Positions 33,499 to 64,000 of a DNA stretch of 64,000 nucleotides are shown here, piece by piece (position 1 is the first letter of the stretch; every line of letters begins with the position of its first letter). This stretch comes from Chrysomallon squamiferum. Its lineage: Eukaryota; Animalia; Mollusca. The stretch covers positions 21,638,001 through 21,702,000 of the forward strand of contig CM022672.1 of the NCBI GenBank assembly GCA_012295275.1, in the 5' to 3' direction. The translations under genes and the position numbers were made by a program. The notes beneath the pieces are model-generated. The model did no database searches and was not told where the DNA came from. It saw nothing but the letters and a program-made list of their open reading frames with translations.

Positions 33499-35102
33499 TC
33501 GTTGTTCAGTGAGCTGCTGAACTCCACCAGTGATGGTATAGAAGTGAGTTACAATGCAGCAGGAGTGCTGTCACACATGGCCTCTGATGGAGTTGAAGCT
33601 TGGCATATTGATAAACCTGCTCGCAAAGACGTTCTGGTTAGCATGGTGAGGGCAATACGAAGATGGGACATCAACTCAAACAGAAATATAAACTATAGGT
33701 AAGACACACACACATACACATGTACACATCTATCTGTCATTGAAGTTATCTACCTAAATATCTACCTACCTATGAAAATGTACACTACCAATCAAAATAA
33801 CCTTCTGGTAAAAAGCACATACACTTGATGTTATAAAATGTTACAGGTTAACTAGAATTACTGTAATAAAATTACTTGTACTAATGTCATGACATAAACT
33901 AGAGATAAAGCTATCCTGTATCCATATTACAACCAAAACTGCATATATATTAAATTGAACAGTAACTGTAGGTAATAATATTGCTTATTCTATACCCAAA
34001 GTAAAAGATAAAAACATATACTAACTTGCAACACAAACTATAGATAGTAATATCACTTTTTGTGGATCACAACACAAACTACAGATAAAATAAATCATAT
34101 TACAAGACATAAATGGCTAGTTTCATCAAAATTCTTTGCAGTACATGACTGACTGATCACTTGAAGATTTTTTATCTTTTTTTTTAAGATCTTTTGAACC
34201 AATTCTGAGACTGTTGTCAGTGTTTCATACACCACAAGTCCAGCACTGGGCTGTGTGGGCTCTTTGCAACCTGTGTGGATTCTCAGGTAAGTCTAATTAG
34301 AACCCTCATTAACCAGTGATGTATTGTGTTGTAGTTCTGTGAATCCCAGTGCTGTTTAGAGGGATGAGCAAGTAATCTGTTACGGCTGATTTAATGTAAA
34401 TTAAGTTAGATTTATGCTAAATTTATTTCTTTCTTTTCTTGTACATGAGAATGAATTTTTGTATGTATGGTGTATTTTTAATGTGTTGCTGTGAATGTCT
34501 GCATTGATTGTGTCTTTGTGTGTGTTTGTGTGGATGTGTGGATTTGTATTTATATGGGCATGGATTTGTTAATAAGTTGTTTTTGCCAGATTGTAATTAG
34601 GTTTGTAAGTATTTGTATTTTATGCTTTTATGATAAACCATTCATAACTATAAAGTCACCCCTTTTACATAATCTCTTTTTTAATAATAATTTAGCTGAA
34701 AGGTACTGCAACCTGCTGAAAAAAGAAAATGGCATTGAATTACTGCAAAGACTTCTTAAAGATCCAAGACCTTATGCTGAAATCAAACATCTGGCCAAGC
34801 AGTTGCTGATGCAGGTGAAAGGAAATTCCACCTCTGACATTGATGTCTGCATGGACGTTGACTTTGATGAAGTGGAGAGTGCTGAGGTTGATTTGGGTGT
34901 TGGCGTGGTCTGTGATAACATCGACTACGAGGATGGGGGTGGTGACAGGCTGAGGTGTGTCCCTGATGACAGACAGCTTCATGACAGAACAGACAGAAAC
35001 AGCGTGGAACAGGGGCTTTGTGACGGCAGAGGAGATAACATGGATAATAAAATTGTATACGTGGATGACAGTTCTGATTCAGATTGTGAAGATAATCTGT
35101 GA
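26294..35102 (+). CDS. ZER1: Protein zer-1 homolog (ZYG11 family; VHL-box/LRR/ARM substrate receptor of Cullin-2 ligase, Gly/N-degron pathway)
   Basis: Exons 26294-27000, 27338-27550, 28227-28326, 28868-29011, 29618-29676, 29971-30033, 30452-30506, 30747-30800, 31299-31460, 31758-31848, 32150-32220, 32643-32690, 33310-33377, 33510-33698, 34189-34286, 34696-35102 = 2529 nt, 842 aa. N-terminal PNCLEDICVEFC (BC/VHL box-like), LRRs, LTSLDISGTNL, VQISGSASLFY, WSTMWNVTDETPANC, LRNMMGLMGNIAEV, SDGIEVSYNAAGVLSH, RNINYRSFEPILRLL, QHWAVWALCNL are characteristic of ZER1. Confidence 0.95.
27577..27640. repeat. (CA)n microsatellite
   Basis: Direct inspection. Confidence 0.9.
32875..33157. mobile_element. 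Degenerate pogo/Tigger-like MITE in ZER1 intron
   Basis: TA-flanked; imperfect inverted ends (CTGCCCCATTCATGGA..TTGG versus CCAACCCATGGATAAGGGCAG); subterminal TTGGTTCCAGGAC recalls MER2/Tigger-type ends. Confidence 0.4.
34307..34396 (+). ncRNA. Candidate intronic box C/D snoRNA
   Basis: Terminal stem CATTAA/TTAATG enclosing box C-like GTGATGT (34316), C'-like GGATGA and box D CTGA (34386); no target recognised. Confidence 0.25.
34696..35102 (+). CDS. ZER1: ZER1 last coding exon (final ARM repeat plus acidic tail)
   Basis: AERYCNLLKKENGIELLQRLL followed by an Asp/Glu-rich extension to TGA. Confidence 0.9.
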
Positions 35103-37621
35103 AATTTGCCGAAGTCTGGTTTGTTTTGTTTGGTTGTTAATGAAGTTTCAGATTCATTGATGGAGTGTTATATTTGGTGGGGATATTTTTGAAGGGGGTT
35201 TCGTTTTACTGTTGTCATTTTTCTTCTTTCCTTATGATAAAATACTTTTAATGCAAGTATGTTTTTAAAAATCTAATTTTAGAAATTAATTATGATAGAA
35301 TGTAAGTATTTTAATTTAGGTAAACATTAATATATTTCCTTGAGGTTACAATTTTGGGGGGTTATATTTTCTATTTTGCTTATTGTATTTTTAATTTGGG
35401 GGGGTTCATCAGTATATGGTACTTATAAGTAGGTTTGATATTAAAAAACTGAAAATTGAAGATTAAGAATTATCTTTCATAGAATTTTAGATATTTTAAC
35501 TGAGGTAAACATTAATATATTTCCTTGCATGTTTCAATTTCTATTTTGAATTTGGAAATTTCAAAATGCATAATGGGTCTGTTCATTCATAAAAACTTTA
35601 AAAAAAAAAAAAAAGAATATATATATATATATATATTCACTGGCAATACTCAATTAAGAACTAATGTATATGGTTTTGGGTTTTTTTTTCTTTATTATTA
35701 CTTTTTTTCTTCTTTTCTGGGAAGGGAGGTAATTACTAAACAGCATTAGTAAATCATTACTGAACTTGGGAAGTAATATTTAAATTATCTTGTCATAGAC
35801 ATTGAATAATGTAAAACTGTAAATTCTTCTTTTTTTTAACTTTCTTCATTTTAAGTTGGGTTTTTTTCAAAAATCATTCTATTATAGTTATGACATGTAA
35901 ACCAGAAAGGTCAAACTTGCTAAAAGTTTTAATATCATTCAGCTCTTTAATGATATTACTATTAGATGTTTGAAAATCTTTCAGTTTTAGATATTTATGT
36001 TAATTGATAACAATGGTTTATCAGAAAATGTTGGAATTTTTTTTTTCTTAATTAAATTAACTGTTTGTATATATTTCTTCTTCGTTTTTGATTAATAGTT
36101 TTAATTAATAGTTCAAACTTCAAAAGTTGGTTTATTTTTTTTATTTTTGAACCCCAGATAATATGTGTATTTTGGGGTATATATTATTGACAAAAGGGCA
36201 TTAAAAGTAAACCAAGGCAAAAATATTTAATTATGACTCTGCTGATGACAATTCTTGTACTTCTGTTATCCTTTGAAAAACTGAACATCAAGGTATCAAG
36301 AAATAATAATAATAATAACTAATAAGAGTAAGAACAACAACAGCAGAAAAAGCAACAATTTCTTGAATAACAGTTATATTTTTCAGCATAAATTTTATTT
36401 GTTGTGTAATCAGAATTCATAATTTAATAATGTGTTCATTAATGTCAGCTAATAAGTTAGACAAAGAAAAATAAAGTAAATTAAAAACAACAAAAGAAAA
36501 CAGTGTAACTATCAAATTACTGTTATTGATACTGATTTTATTTTTACATGGAAATGTGCTGAGTTAATAAAATAATGCTACAATAATGTTGTTTTACTTA
36601 TCATTTACTTTTTAATGTGTGGTTATGGATGTCTGTATAGTCTTCATTTTGATTATTTATCAACTTTGAATAATAGTAATAAGAAGAAGAAAGAAGAAAA
36701 TGAATGAGATCAACAACCACAGCAACAACAATTTCAATATCATATCATAATGTGACTTTTATTACGGGCTCCTGACTTTCAAACAGTCCTCAAAAGGGCA
36801 CAAAACTTCATTCTTAACTTGAGTACAGTGTGTAGACATAACAAGAATCATTGGTTATCTCAGCCACAGTTAAATCCTTCCAAAGAATATTTCTCTCAGA
36901 TCTCTCCATTTCTGTTTGTAAAACGTACCTAGCAGGTGCATATCTATATCCACACATACACACAGGCATGCATTCCTGGAAGCAATTCAACTAATTGCAG
37001 AAAAAATAAATCATGGTTGCTCCCATCTGAAATTCCTAGTTGTGGGTATAGAATTTTTTTCGTCTTTTTTTTTGCCCCCATTTTTTTTCTTCTATTTTTA
37101 TATTTTTCGTCTTTTTTAAATCATATCAGGATTTGTTTATTTCTTCCTTTTGCTGCTGTCTGATGAATTACACAATACTGAATCTGTTCTGATTTTGAAA
37201 CAAATTATATCGGATATTTAAAGAGGAAATAAATCTTACAAAGTGGTGTTAATGAGTGTGTACTCTTTTTTTCCACTTTACATTCTTTATTTATATATTT
37301 ATTAAATAAACAAGAATGAGAAATAAAACAGACAAATTTAGAATATAAAAGGAAATTGATTAACATTGTATTGAATAAGTAAACTTTATACATATTTTAA
37401 TGGCCTTTTACTTATTTATAAGTGTATAAGACTTAATTAACTGCTTTAAAAGATAAAAAAAAACGTTTTAGGATGAAACAAACAGAAGAAGAAATTAATA
37501 AACACTTTACTGAATAGCAAGTTTAAAAATATATAGATTAAACTCATTAAAATATAGTTGTTTTTATCAATGTCTTAATAGGGAAAAAAGTTTAAAAAGG
37601 GGGAAGGATTGTGAAGAGAAG

Positions 37622-37672
<51 letters not shown>

Positions 37673-39673
37673 TTTACCAAAAAAATATTTATTAAAAGTA
37701 ACGAAAAATGTACATTTTTATAATAGAAATTTAAAAGGTTAAAAAATAATAAATTTTAAAAACCCACAAATAATGAAGTGAAAACTGAAAAGAAGAAAAA
37801 CGAAACACGTTACTTGAATTCAGCAAAAAAGTAAATATTTACTCAATTATAATTCATATTACACTATATGTGCAATTAAATGTTTGATTAAATATTTTAA
37901 CCTACAAAAAGTACTTTTAAAATGCCTTTTTTAAAAACCGAAAAAAAAAAAAAAGAAGAGTAGAAAGAAACGAGAAGCAAAAATTTCAATAAACCCCACA
38001 AACTTTTCTGTCAACAAACCTTTAATATAAAACTGCCTTTTCATTAGGATAATAATGTATATCACTTCATTGTTTGTTTTTCATTCCTCTTGGTAGTAAT
38101 GCTTACAACATGGGCGTTTTGTCGCGAGATTGATAATAAAACGAAATATTGTTGTTAAAAATACCTATTATATGTACTTTTGAACTTGCGAACCTCGTTT
38201 TGAACTCATCGTCTGCGAAAGCAAACAGAACTATAGAAGAATTCACGGCGACCACACACATTAACAGATTCCTTGTGTGATGTTAATTATAAGTAAGTGT
38301 TTGATGCGTTTGGAGAAAATAATAATAATAAATAAAGGTTTAAAATAGATGGACAGAAAAGTGATATTTAATTTACGTTCTAACGAAGAGGAGTTTTAAG
38401 AAACGTAATGAAGTTACAATAGTTCACCAAGTGTATTGTGCACATAGTATTTTTTTTTTTTTTTTTAAATTTAATTTTTTATTATTATTAGTAGTAGTAG
38501 TAGTAGTAGTTGTTGTTGTTGTTGTGTAGTAGTAGTAGTGTAGTAGTAGTAGTAGTTGTAGTTGTAGTAGTAATAGTACTAGTAGTAATAATAGTAGTGT
38601 TTATTTATTTCCACACATCAAATTCTGTTGTTAAACTTGTTTGTACTGCATAATCATTCAGTATATTATTTGTCTTTCTTTCTTTCTTTCTTTCTTCTTC
38701 TTCTATTATAAAATGTATTTTTAGAAAGATGTGTTTACGTTGACATATCCCAATGCACCGAAGTAATTTTTATATCAGTTTAAAAAGAAGCCGCCATCCT
38801 TTAGAATCACAACAAATGATTATGCTAAGCAACTGCACTTGCTGCAGATTTTTGTCTATGCAATACATGCATAATATAAAATACTTTACTAAACGTCGTT
38901 TACACACTATATCGCGCACTGTGGATATGCCATACAATACACTGTTTGCATTTGGTTAGCTAATTTGTCGGCCACCCACATAGCCGCTGTACGGGAAGAC
39001 GTACTTCAGCGACAACAACACATGCGTATTACATGCGGGTTTGAATAAACTTACAACGTGTGAAGTGCCTGCCTCTTTCTAAGTAGCTGTTAACACCAGC
39101 AATAGCAAGAGGGATTTGTGGTTTGCCTTCACTGACAGATTCTTTTCAGCAACACCGCTCTTGGCTGTTCGGCGCGAGCCACTAAACCCAGCCAGAAGAG
39201 CGCCGCTTCGGAAGTAATATAACGAGGATTCATTGCTGTCGAGATCAAACGAACAGAAAGGATTAAGCGACATCGGTAACTTGTGCCGCAATCTATGTAC
39301 TGCAGGGATCACAAGGTGCAAGCAAACAATTACTTACCAGCGAATGACGCAGACAATTATGTTTTTTTTTTTTCTTTGACGGAAGTATAGTATAATTGAG
39401 TTGGAATGGATGATGTAAAGTGATGATGGGAGAGAGAAAGGTGGGGTTAGACTGAGGTGAAATAGTTCGTCTGTACCCAGAAACGAAATCCCATAATTTT
39501 TACGGGACTTGGTAATATACTTTATTTATAAATTAGTAGGTGTGTATTGCCAAGAGAGAAAGGGAAGGTAATTTTATATAATAATTTTATATAATAATAA
39601 TAATAATAAAATTAGATATATATAATTATACAAATTTGATATCAATGACATGAGTGAAGGATACAGTTAAATC

Positions 39674-39745
<72 letters not shown>

Positions 39746-41756
39746 TATTTAATACATATAAAGACGCATTACCGTGTTCCGTGCTAGTGAAGACGAAAGT
39801 GCAATGTTACAGCTGTAAACGAACATGAATTTGAAATGGCGAGAGAAACGGGGAGTGCGAGTAAAAAACATTTTTTTTATAGAATGACATGGGAGGATGA
39901 AAGTGAACACATTATTATCAGTATTAAAGAATGGAATACTAAGCGGAGAGGGAAGGAGCGAGGCGACATGAACTTTTTGTATTAGTGTTTGAAAACAGTT
40001 TAAAGATGGTCGTAATGTGATGGGACTGCGATAGTTCGAAGATGAAAAGAAATAGTTTAATAAATACCAAAAAAAAAAAAAAAAAAGTATTTTAAAAACT
40101 CAGTAAATAAATAAACTTAATGGCCACATTCCTAGAGAGAAGGAAGGCTGAGGTTATATATAATAGTTTAGTAATATATGTTGATATAATGAATACTGTG
40201 ATCTTGAGACGGTAAATCTGAAAAAGACGGTGACAAAGACGGATCATTTTCATCCTATTCAAAGTTGAAAATACGTAGCTCTAAAACAATTGGACTGTGA
40301 GAAGGGTATGTAGGCAGAAAAGTTTTATATTGATTTAAATTTTTATTTAAATTTTTTAATTTTTAATTTTCTTATTTTCATTTTTATTTTTATTTTTATT
40401 TTTATTTCTATTTTCTATTTATTTATTTTTTTTATTATTTTTTTTTTTTTTTTTGAAAAGGAGAGAATCCGAAGGGTTTTTTAAATTTAATATATATATA
40501 AAAAAATTTACGTTTTGTATATTCATTTATGTACAACAAGCAAACTGAAGTAAAACGAATGAAGTTTACCTAATTTAGCTTACACTGATACGTGAAGAGT
40601 ACAGCTTGAGAGACCGATTTTTGCGTTGACACACTGCGGGTAGAGGTTATTATTTGAATAACTTAATACCTTTAATATAACTGTCTGGTATATTGTTTAC
40701 GACAACTGGCTTAATTTTGACAATAACTTTACCATAAGATAAAATAAAATTATATAATTTCCAAACATGCTTTCGACACATTGAGTTCAGTGGATGAATT
40801 ATTTTATGTAATGATAGCAAATTTTTTTTTTTTTTCGATTTTTTTTTTTTTTTTTTTTTTCTATGCAGCCATAGGATATTTATTATTATCTGGCGAATTT
40901 TATACATTTTGGAATAGTTAAAGGTTTTTCATTCACGACTGAATATTAAATTGATAACAGGGTTTATATTCATGTGACAGCAGTATGATATATTACTCTT
41001 CTTTATAGGGTCATTATTTCTAGGTCCTAAAAAAAATAAAGGAAGAAAAAAAAAATGAAATAAAGTATTATCTGCAGGGTCATGATATCTAGGGCCTAAA
41101 AGGTATAAAATTGTAGTTTTTTTTTTTTTTTTTTTTTTTTTGTTGCTATAATTAATGTTTTCTAATATGAAGAAAAAACAACATATGTACTTATAAAACA
41201 TACATACAAAATATATGTACATACATACTGCCAGAAAGATACATACATATAGACACACCCACAAAAGTGTATGAATCTGATTAATCGCATTGCAAGATGA
41301 AATGAATTTTGTATAAATATCACTCATTAAAAATAAAACAAAAATTTTAATAACAATAACGGTAATAATAATAATAAAATTTATATACAGCATAATTTTT
41401 ATTTCGGTTACCTTGTGTATGTGCATATATGTACACACAAACACACACATATATATAGAGAGAGAGAGAGAGACAGAAAGAGAGACAGAGAGAGAATGAG
41501 AAAGAGAGATAGCGATATACGAAATGTGTAATGGTCACGCACGCACACACACATGTATACAGACACGTATATATACTTTATCAGATTAACACAAATATAC
41601 GTCAAAGTTCAATTATCTATCATTCTGTTTGTGTGTGTATAAGTGTCTGTCTGCATGTATGTGAGAACAGAATAAAAAAAAATTCATGTTACAAAATCAA
41701 TATTTGTTAGTGCATTCAACTTTTTAAGAGCGGATCCAGACATTAATATTAACTAC

Positions 41757-41797
<41 letters not shown>

Positions 41798-42215
41798 ATA
41801 TAAACTATTATTATCGATTAGAAGAAAGGAATCTTTTATTTTGATCTACACCCTGACATCATTATGCTATCCACATGATAACTTAGACCACATTTAAGTT
41901 TAGAAAGGAAAAAAAAAATTAGTGATTTGTGGCTATTTTTATTCATTTTACTGAGAACGTTTTTCTTTTAATTAAAAAAAGAGAGAGAAACAAACTGTGT
42001 AAAAGCTGTAGCAATTACAGCGTTTGTCTATAATCAGAGCTGACAAAAGCTGTCCAGCCGTCACTGATCTAAAATTATTTCGCGTTGCTCAAAGTGCACA
42101 TGCACGTAACCTGCACCAAACGATGAATAAAGTGTAATCCGTAACTTTTCAGGTTAATGTTTGAGAATTTGTGAACCGAAAACATTCGAAAACTGTTATT
42201 TGTTTTCCTTTAGTA

Positions 42216-42304
<89 letters not shown>

Positions 42305-43569
42305 GAAGTAGTAGTTGTAATAGTAGTAGTAATGATGGTTGTGGTAGTAGTGATAGTAGCAGTAATAGTAGTAGTGGTAACAGCCGTAGTCGTTGTAGTA
42401 GTTGTTGTTATTATCATAGTAGTTTTTTATTTTTTTATTTTTTATTTTTTTTTTTGCCTGAATCATCGCTTGTATAATCAGTTATTTTTCGTTTAATTTG
42501 TATATGTTACAAGTTTTATTAAATTTTTTTCTTGCCAATAAGTTGTTTAAGATTATTGTTATTCTTTCCACGAGGATTATCTGACAGTTGACCTGTATGA
42601 AAAGCATTATAAATTAATAAACAAGAAACGTTTACGTTATGTAAGCAGGATGAAAGATAATGGTTAGAGTCAGACTGCGGTTGTCTTTTACATCCAACAT
42701 GAAAACACAATAAATAAATAAATGATGACGATGATTACAAATAATTAATTACAAGCATTTACCATGGCCTGTGATAATCAGTTGTGGAACAGAGGTTAGA
42801 ACGGTAAATAATCTAATGATGGAGATTTAAGACCTCATATCGCATTGGAGAAATTACATATGCCGCACAGAACCTTTCGATGACAGTAATTAAAAAGGGG
42901 AAACTCATTAATTCCAACCCTACACACACACACACACAATTAAATGAAGTTTAAATTATTTAAACTAATAACTAAACATATGTTGTGTTTAAACTCTAAA
43001 TATTTGTGTTGTCAGAACTGTCAGAAATGAAAACAACAGATATGTTATTTAACAATTTGTTAGAACACGATGAACTAACAGACCTGATGACTCAAAACTA
43101 ACATACATGGGATTTTCTGTAAAACATTAAGCATTTTAAATAAATAAATAATTATAGAATCTTTAGAACAAACGTATACCATTATTACAGAATAATAAAA
43201 CATTTTCATCAACTACTTTAAATTGACAGATAAAAAATAATTTTCTTTTCTGTCTTTTTGTTAAGAACCTAGATAAAAGGAAATAAAACATAAAATAAAT
43301 AAATAAATTAATTAATTAATTAAAATAAAATAAACTTAAAAACATTAAGTTAAATATTGTGTTTACAAATTCCTATGTAATTAGTATAAAAGTATTCCCC
43401 TAGAAAATAAATGTAGGGAAACAAAAATTTATTTCATGATTTTATTAATATTATTTTATGTTAATTTCTTAATTATTATTATTATTATTGTGAAATGGTC
43501 CTATTATTTATTGTTGTTGTTGTTATCATCATCATCCTCATCAATACTGTTATTATTACTATTTTACTT

Positions 43570-43628
<59 letters not shown>

Positions 43629-44701
43629 TGCTGCTGTCAATAATTTAGTACTGCCACTCATTGGGCTACTACTACTACTACTACTACTACTACTGCTGCT
43701 ACTACTACTACTACTATAACTACTACTACTGTTATTCCTTAAACCTGTTTCCAAGTCTTAATACCGTAAAGCTATTATTAAACGTTACGTTATCGCACGC
43801 TATAATGTATGCAAGACGTTAGTCATACGCGCCGATTTGGCCGTCTGTACGCAACGTAGTAGAAATAACCTTGGCAGTATTATTACTGGCGCACAAACAT
43901 CAGTTATATTATATGTATCTTCTTCGTCTGCTACCAGTTACGGGACAAAACACAGTGTTGACAAAATCGACATTGGGATATGGAAATATTACGGAATTAA
44001 GACATAGATCATTTAAGCTCAGAATACGACAGAGAATCCAATTTCGTCTCGGCTTTACTTCCCAAGAGAAAAAGACATCCCATTACTAGAAATTGTCAAT
44101 TTAAAAGTGGAACATTTTGCGAGACAGAGACAAGACTTTTTACTCATTTATATTATTTCTTTTTGTTAATCAAATCGGTACCAGATTTCAGAGAAAAATG
44201 GTTATATTTAGATACTATTTTTATTCGTTCGGTCGTTCGTTCGTTAATTCCTTCTTTCTTTCATTCCTATGCTCTTTTTTTCTCTTCTGTAATTAGTCGA
44301 AGTGTTTGTAACTCCATTAAGCAACTGTGCTATTATCGATTTCGTACAAGTCATGAATTTCTTAGTATTTGGTTACGATAGAGTACGTTTCGTAAACATT
44401 AATTGTTTTTCTAGACAGGGATACACAAACAAACGTTCAAAGAAATGCAAACATGCTGTTATTCAAGGATGGAAATACTAATGCTTTTCTGAAAGTATAA
44501 GTATATACTTAATGCATAAAAAAAATCACAGACATATACACACATATATTAACCATACACATGCATAACTGCGTACATACACAAAATATAGAAATTTACC
44601 TATTACCGCTAAAGAAACACTAACAAACGTACATAAATACATACATTCATACATGCATATTTACACACGTATTGTACACATACATACACATATCGAGTTT
44701 G

Positions 44702-44832
<131 letters not shown>

Positions 44833-44884
44833 ATTTAAAGTGTTTTGCAATTACTTAGAGAAACTATTGCGAAAATGAAACGTT

Positions 44885-45027
44885 ACAATCGGTCAGCGAA
44901 ACATGACAATCGGTCAGCAATAGATTGGTTTCCTCTTCAATTTCATTGGATGTACTTCACCGCCGGACTCGTGCGGCCTTCTTCGGACTAGACGCATGAC
45001 GACATATCACGTGACTTCATTTGGCGC
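44885..45027 (+). promoter_or_regulatory. Probable pappalysin proximal promoter
   Basis: CpG-richer stretch 100-240 nt upstream of the ATG with duplicated ACAATCGGTCAGC (44885, 44906), two reverse CCAAT boxes (44924, 44945), E-box TCACGTGAC (45007) and E2F-like TTTGGCGC (45020). Confidence 0.5.
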
Positions 45028-45124
45028 AATTAGAAGAAATCCTTTTAACTAAATGTTGTATTTATCCCCGATTCCGAGAATAAAAATTCTCACTTGAGAT
45101 GAGTGCGGTTTACTCGTACACAAA

Positions 45125-63743
<18,619 letters not shown>

Positions 63744-64000
63744 GCATGTTACAGACACTTATTAAATTCATTTTGTTTATTATGATTTTGATTTTTCATG
63801 ACTCGTTTGAAAAATGTAATTTGTTTCTTGTTGTATTTTTAGTGTTATTATTACGTTAGCTTGTTGCCATGCTATTGGTATTTTAATTCAAGATTATATG
63901 TTGTTTCTGGAAAAAAAAAAAAAATCGACTATCGTGGTTGTATCACAAAATGTATTGCGTGTGGAGGACACAACATCATTACCATAGTTACATTGGAATG

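Noticed and set aside
38994-39012. GACGTACTTCA resembling the U3 snoRNA 5' end
   Set aside because: Box A and the downstream U3 boxes are not present.
41007-41101. Short degenerate duplication AGGGTCAT..TCTAGG.CCTAAAA (and a 26-bp tandem near 23714-23762)
   Set aside because: Ordinary local slippage duplications with no functional cue.

Overview
AT-rich, microsatellite-dense animal genomic DNA; the gene set and style suggest a non-arthropod invertebrate such as a mollusc, but that is inference. I could assemble three spliced protein-coding genes by hand, all on the + strand, with reading frame preserved across every junction. (1) A 5'-incomplete Torso-like receptor tyrosine kinase (21 exons, 2044-22375): Cys-rich N-terminal region, three FN3 repeats, a TM helix, juxtamembrane NPxY and a split kinase domain. 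(2) A complete ZER1/zyg-11-family CRL2 substrate receptor (16 coding exons, 26294-35102, 842 aa). (3) A 3'-incomplete pappalysin (PAPP-A-family metzincin; 17 exons, 45125 to about 63743). Most ORFs in the supplied track are microsatellite artefacts. Notable non-coding features are a 212-bp Tc1/mariner deletion derivative retaining a transposase C-terminus, a ~190-bp direct repeat bracketing the RTK transmembrane exon, a 76-bp tandem repeat that triplicates a pappalysin splice donor and creates in-frame micro-exon candidates, a candidate alternative terminal exon that would give a protease-dead pappalysin, and a weak C/D snoRNA candidate. I see no clear evidence of a wholly new system; the best leads are these isoform-generating structures and the RTK-ZER1-pappalysin linkage.
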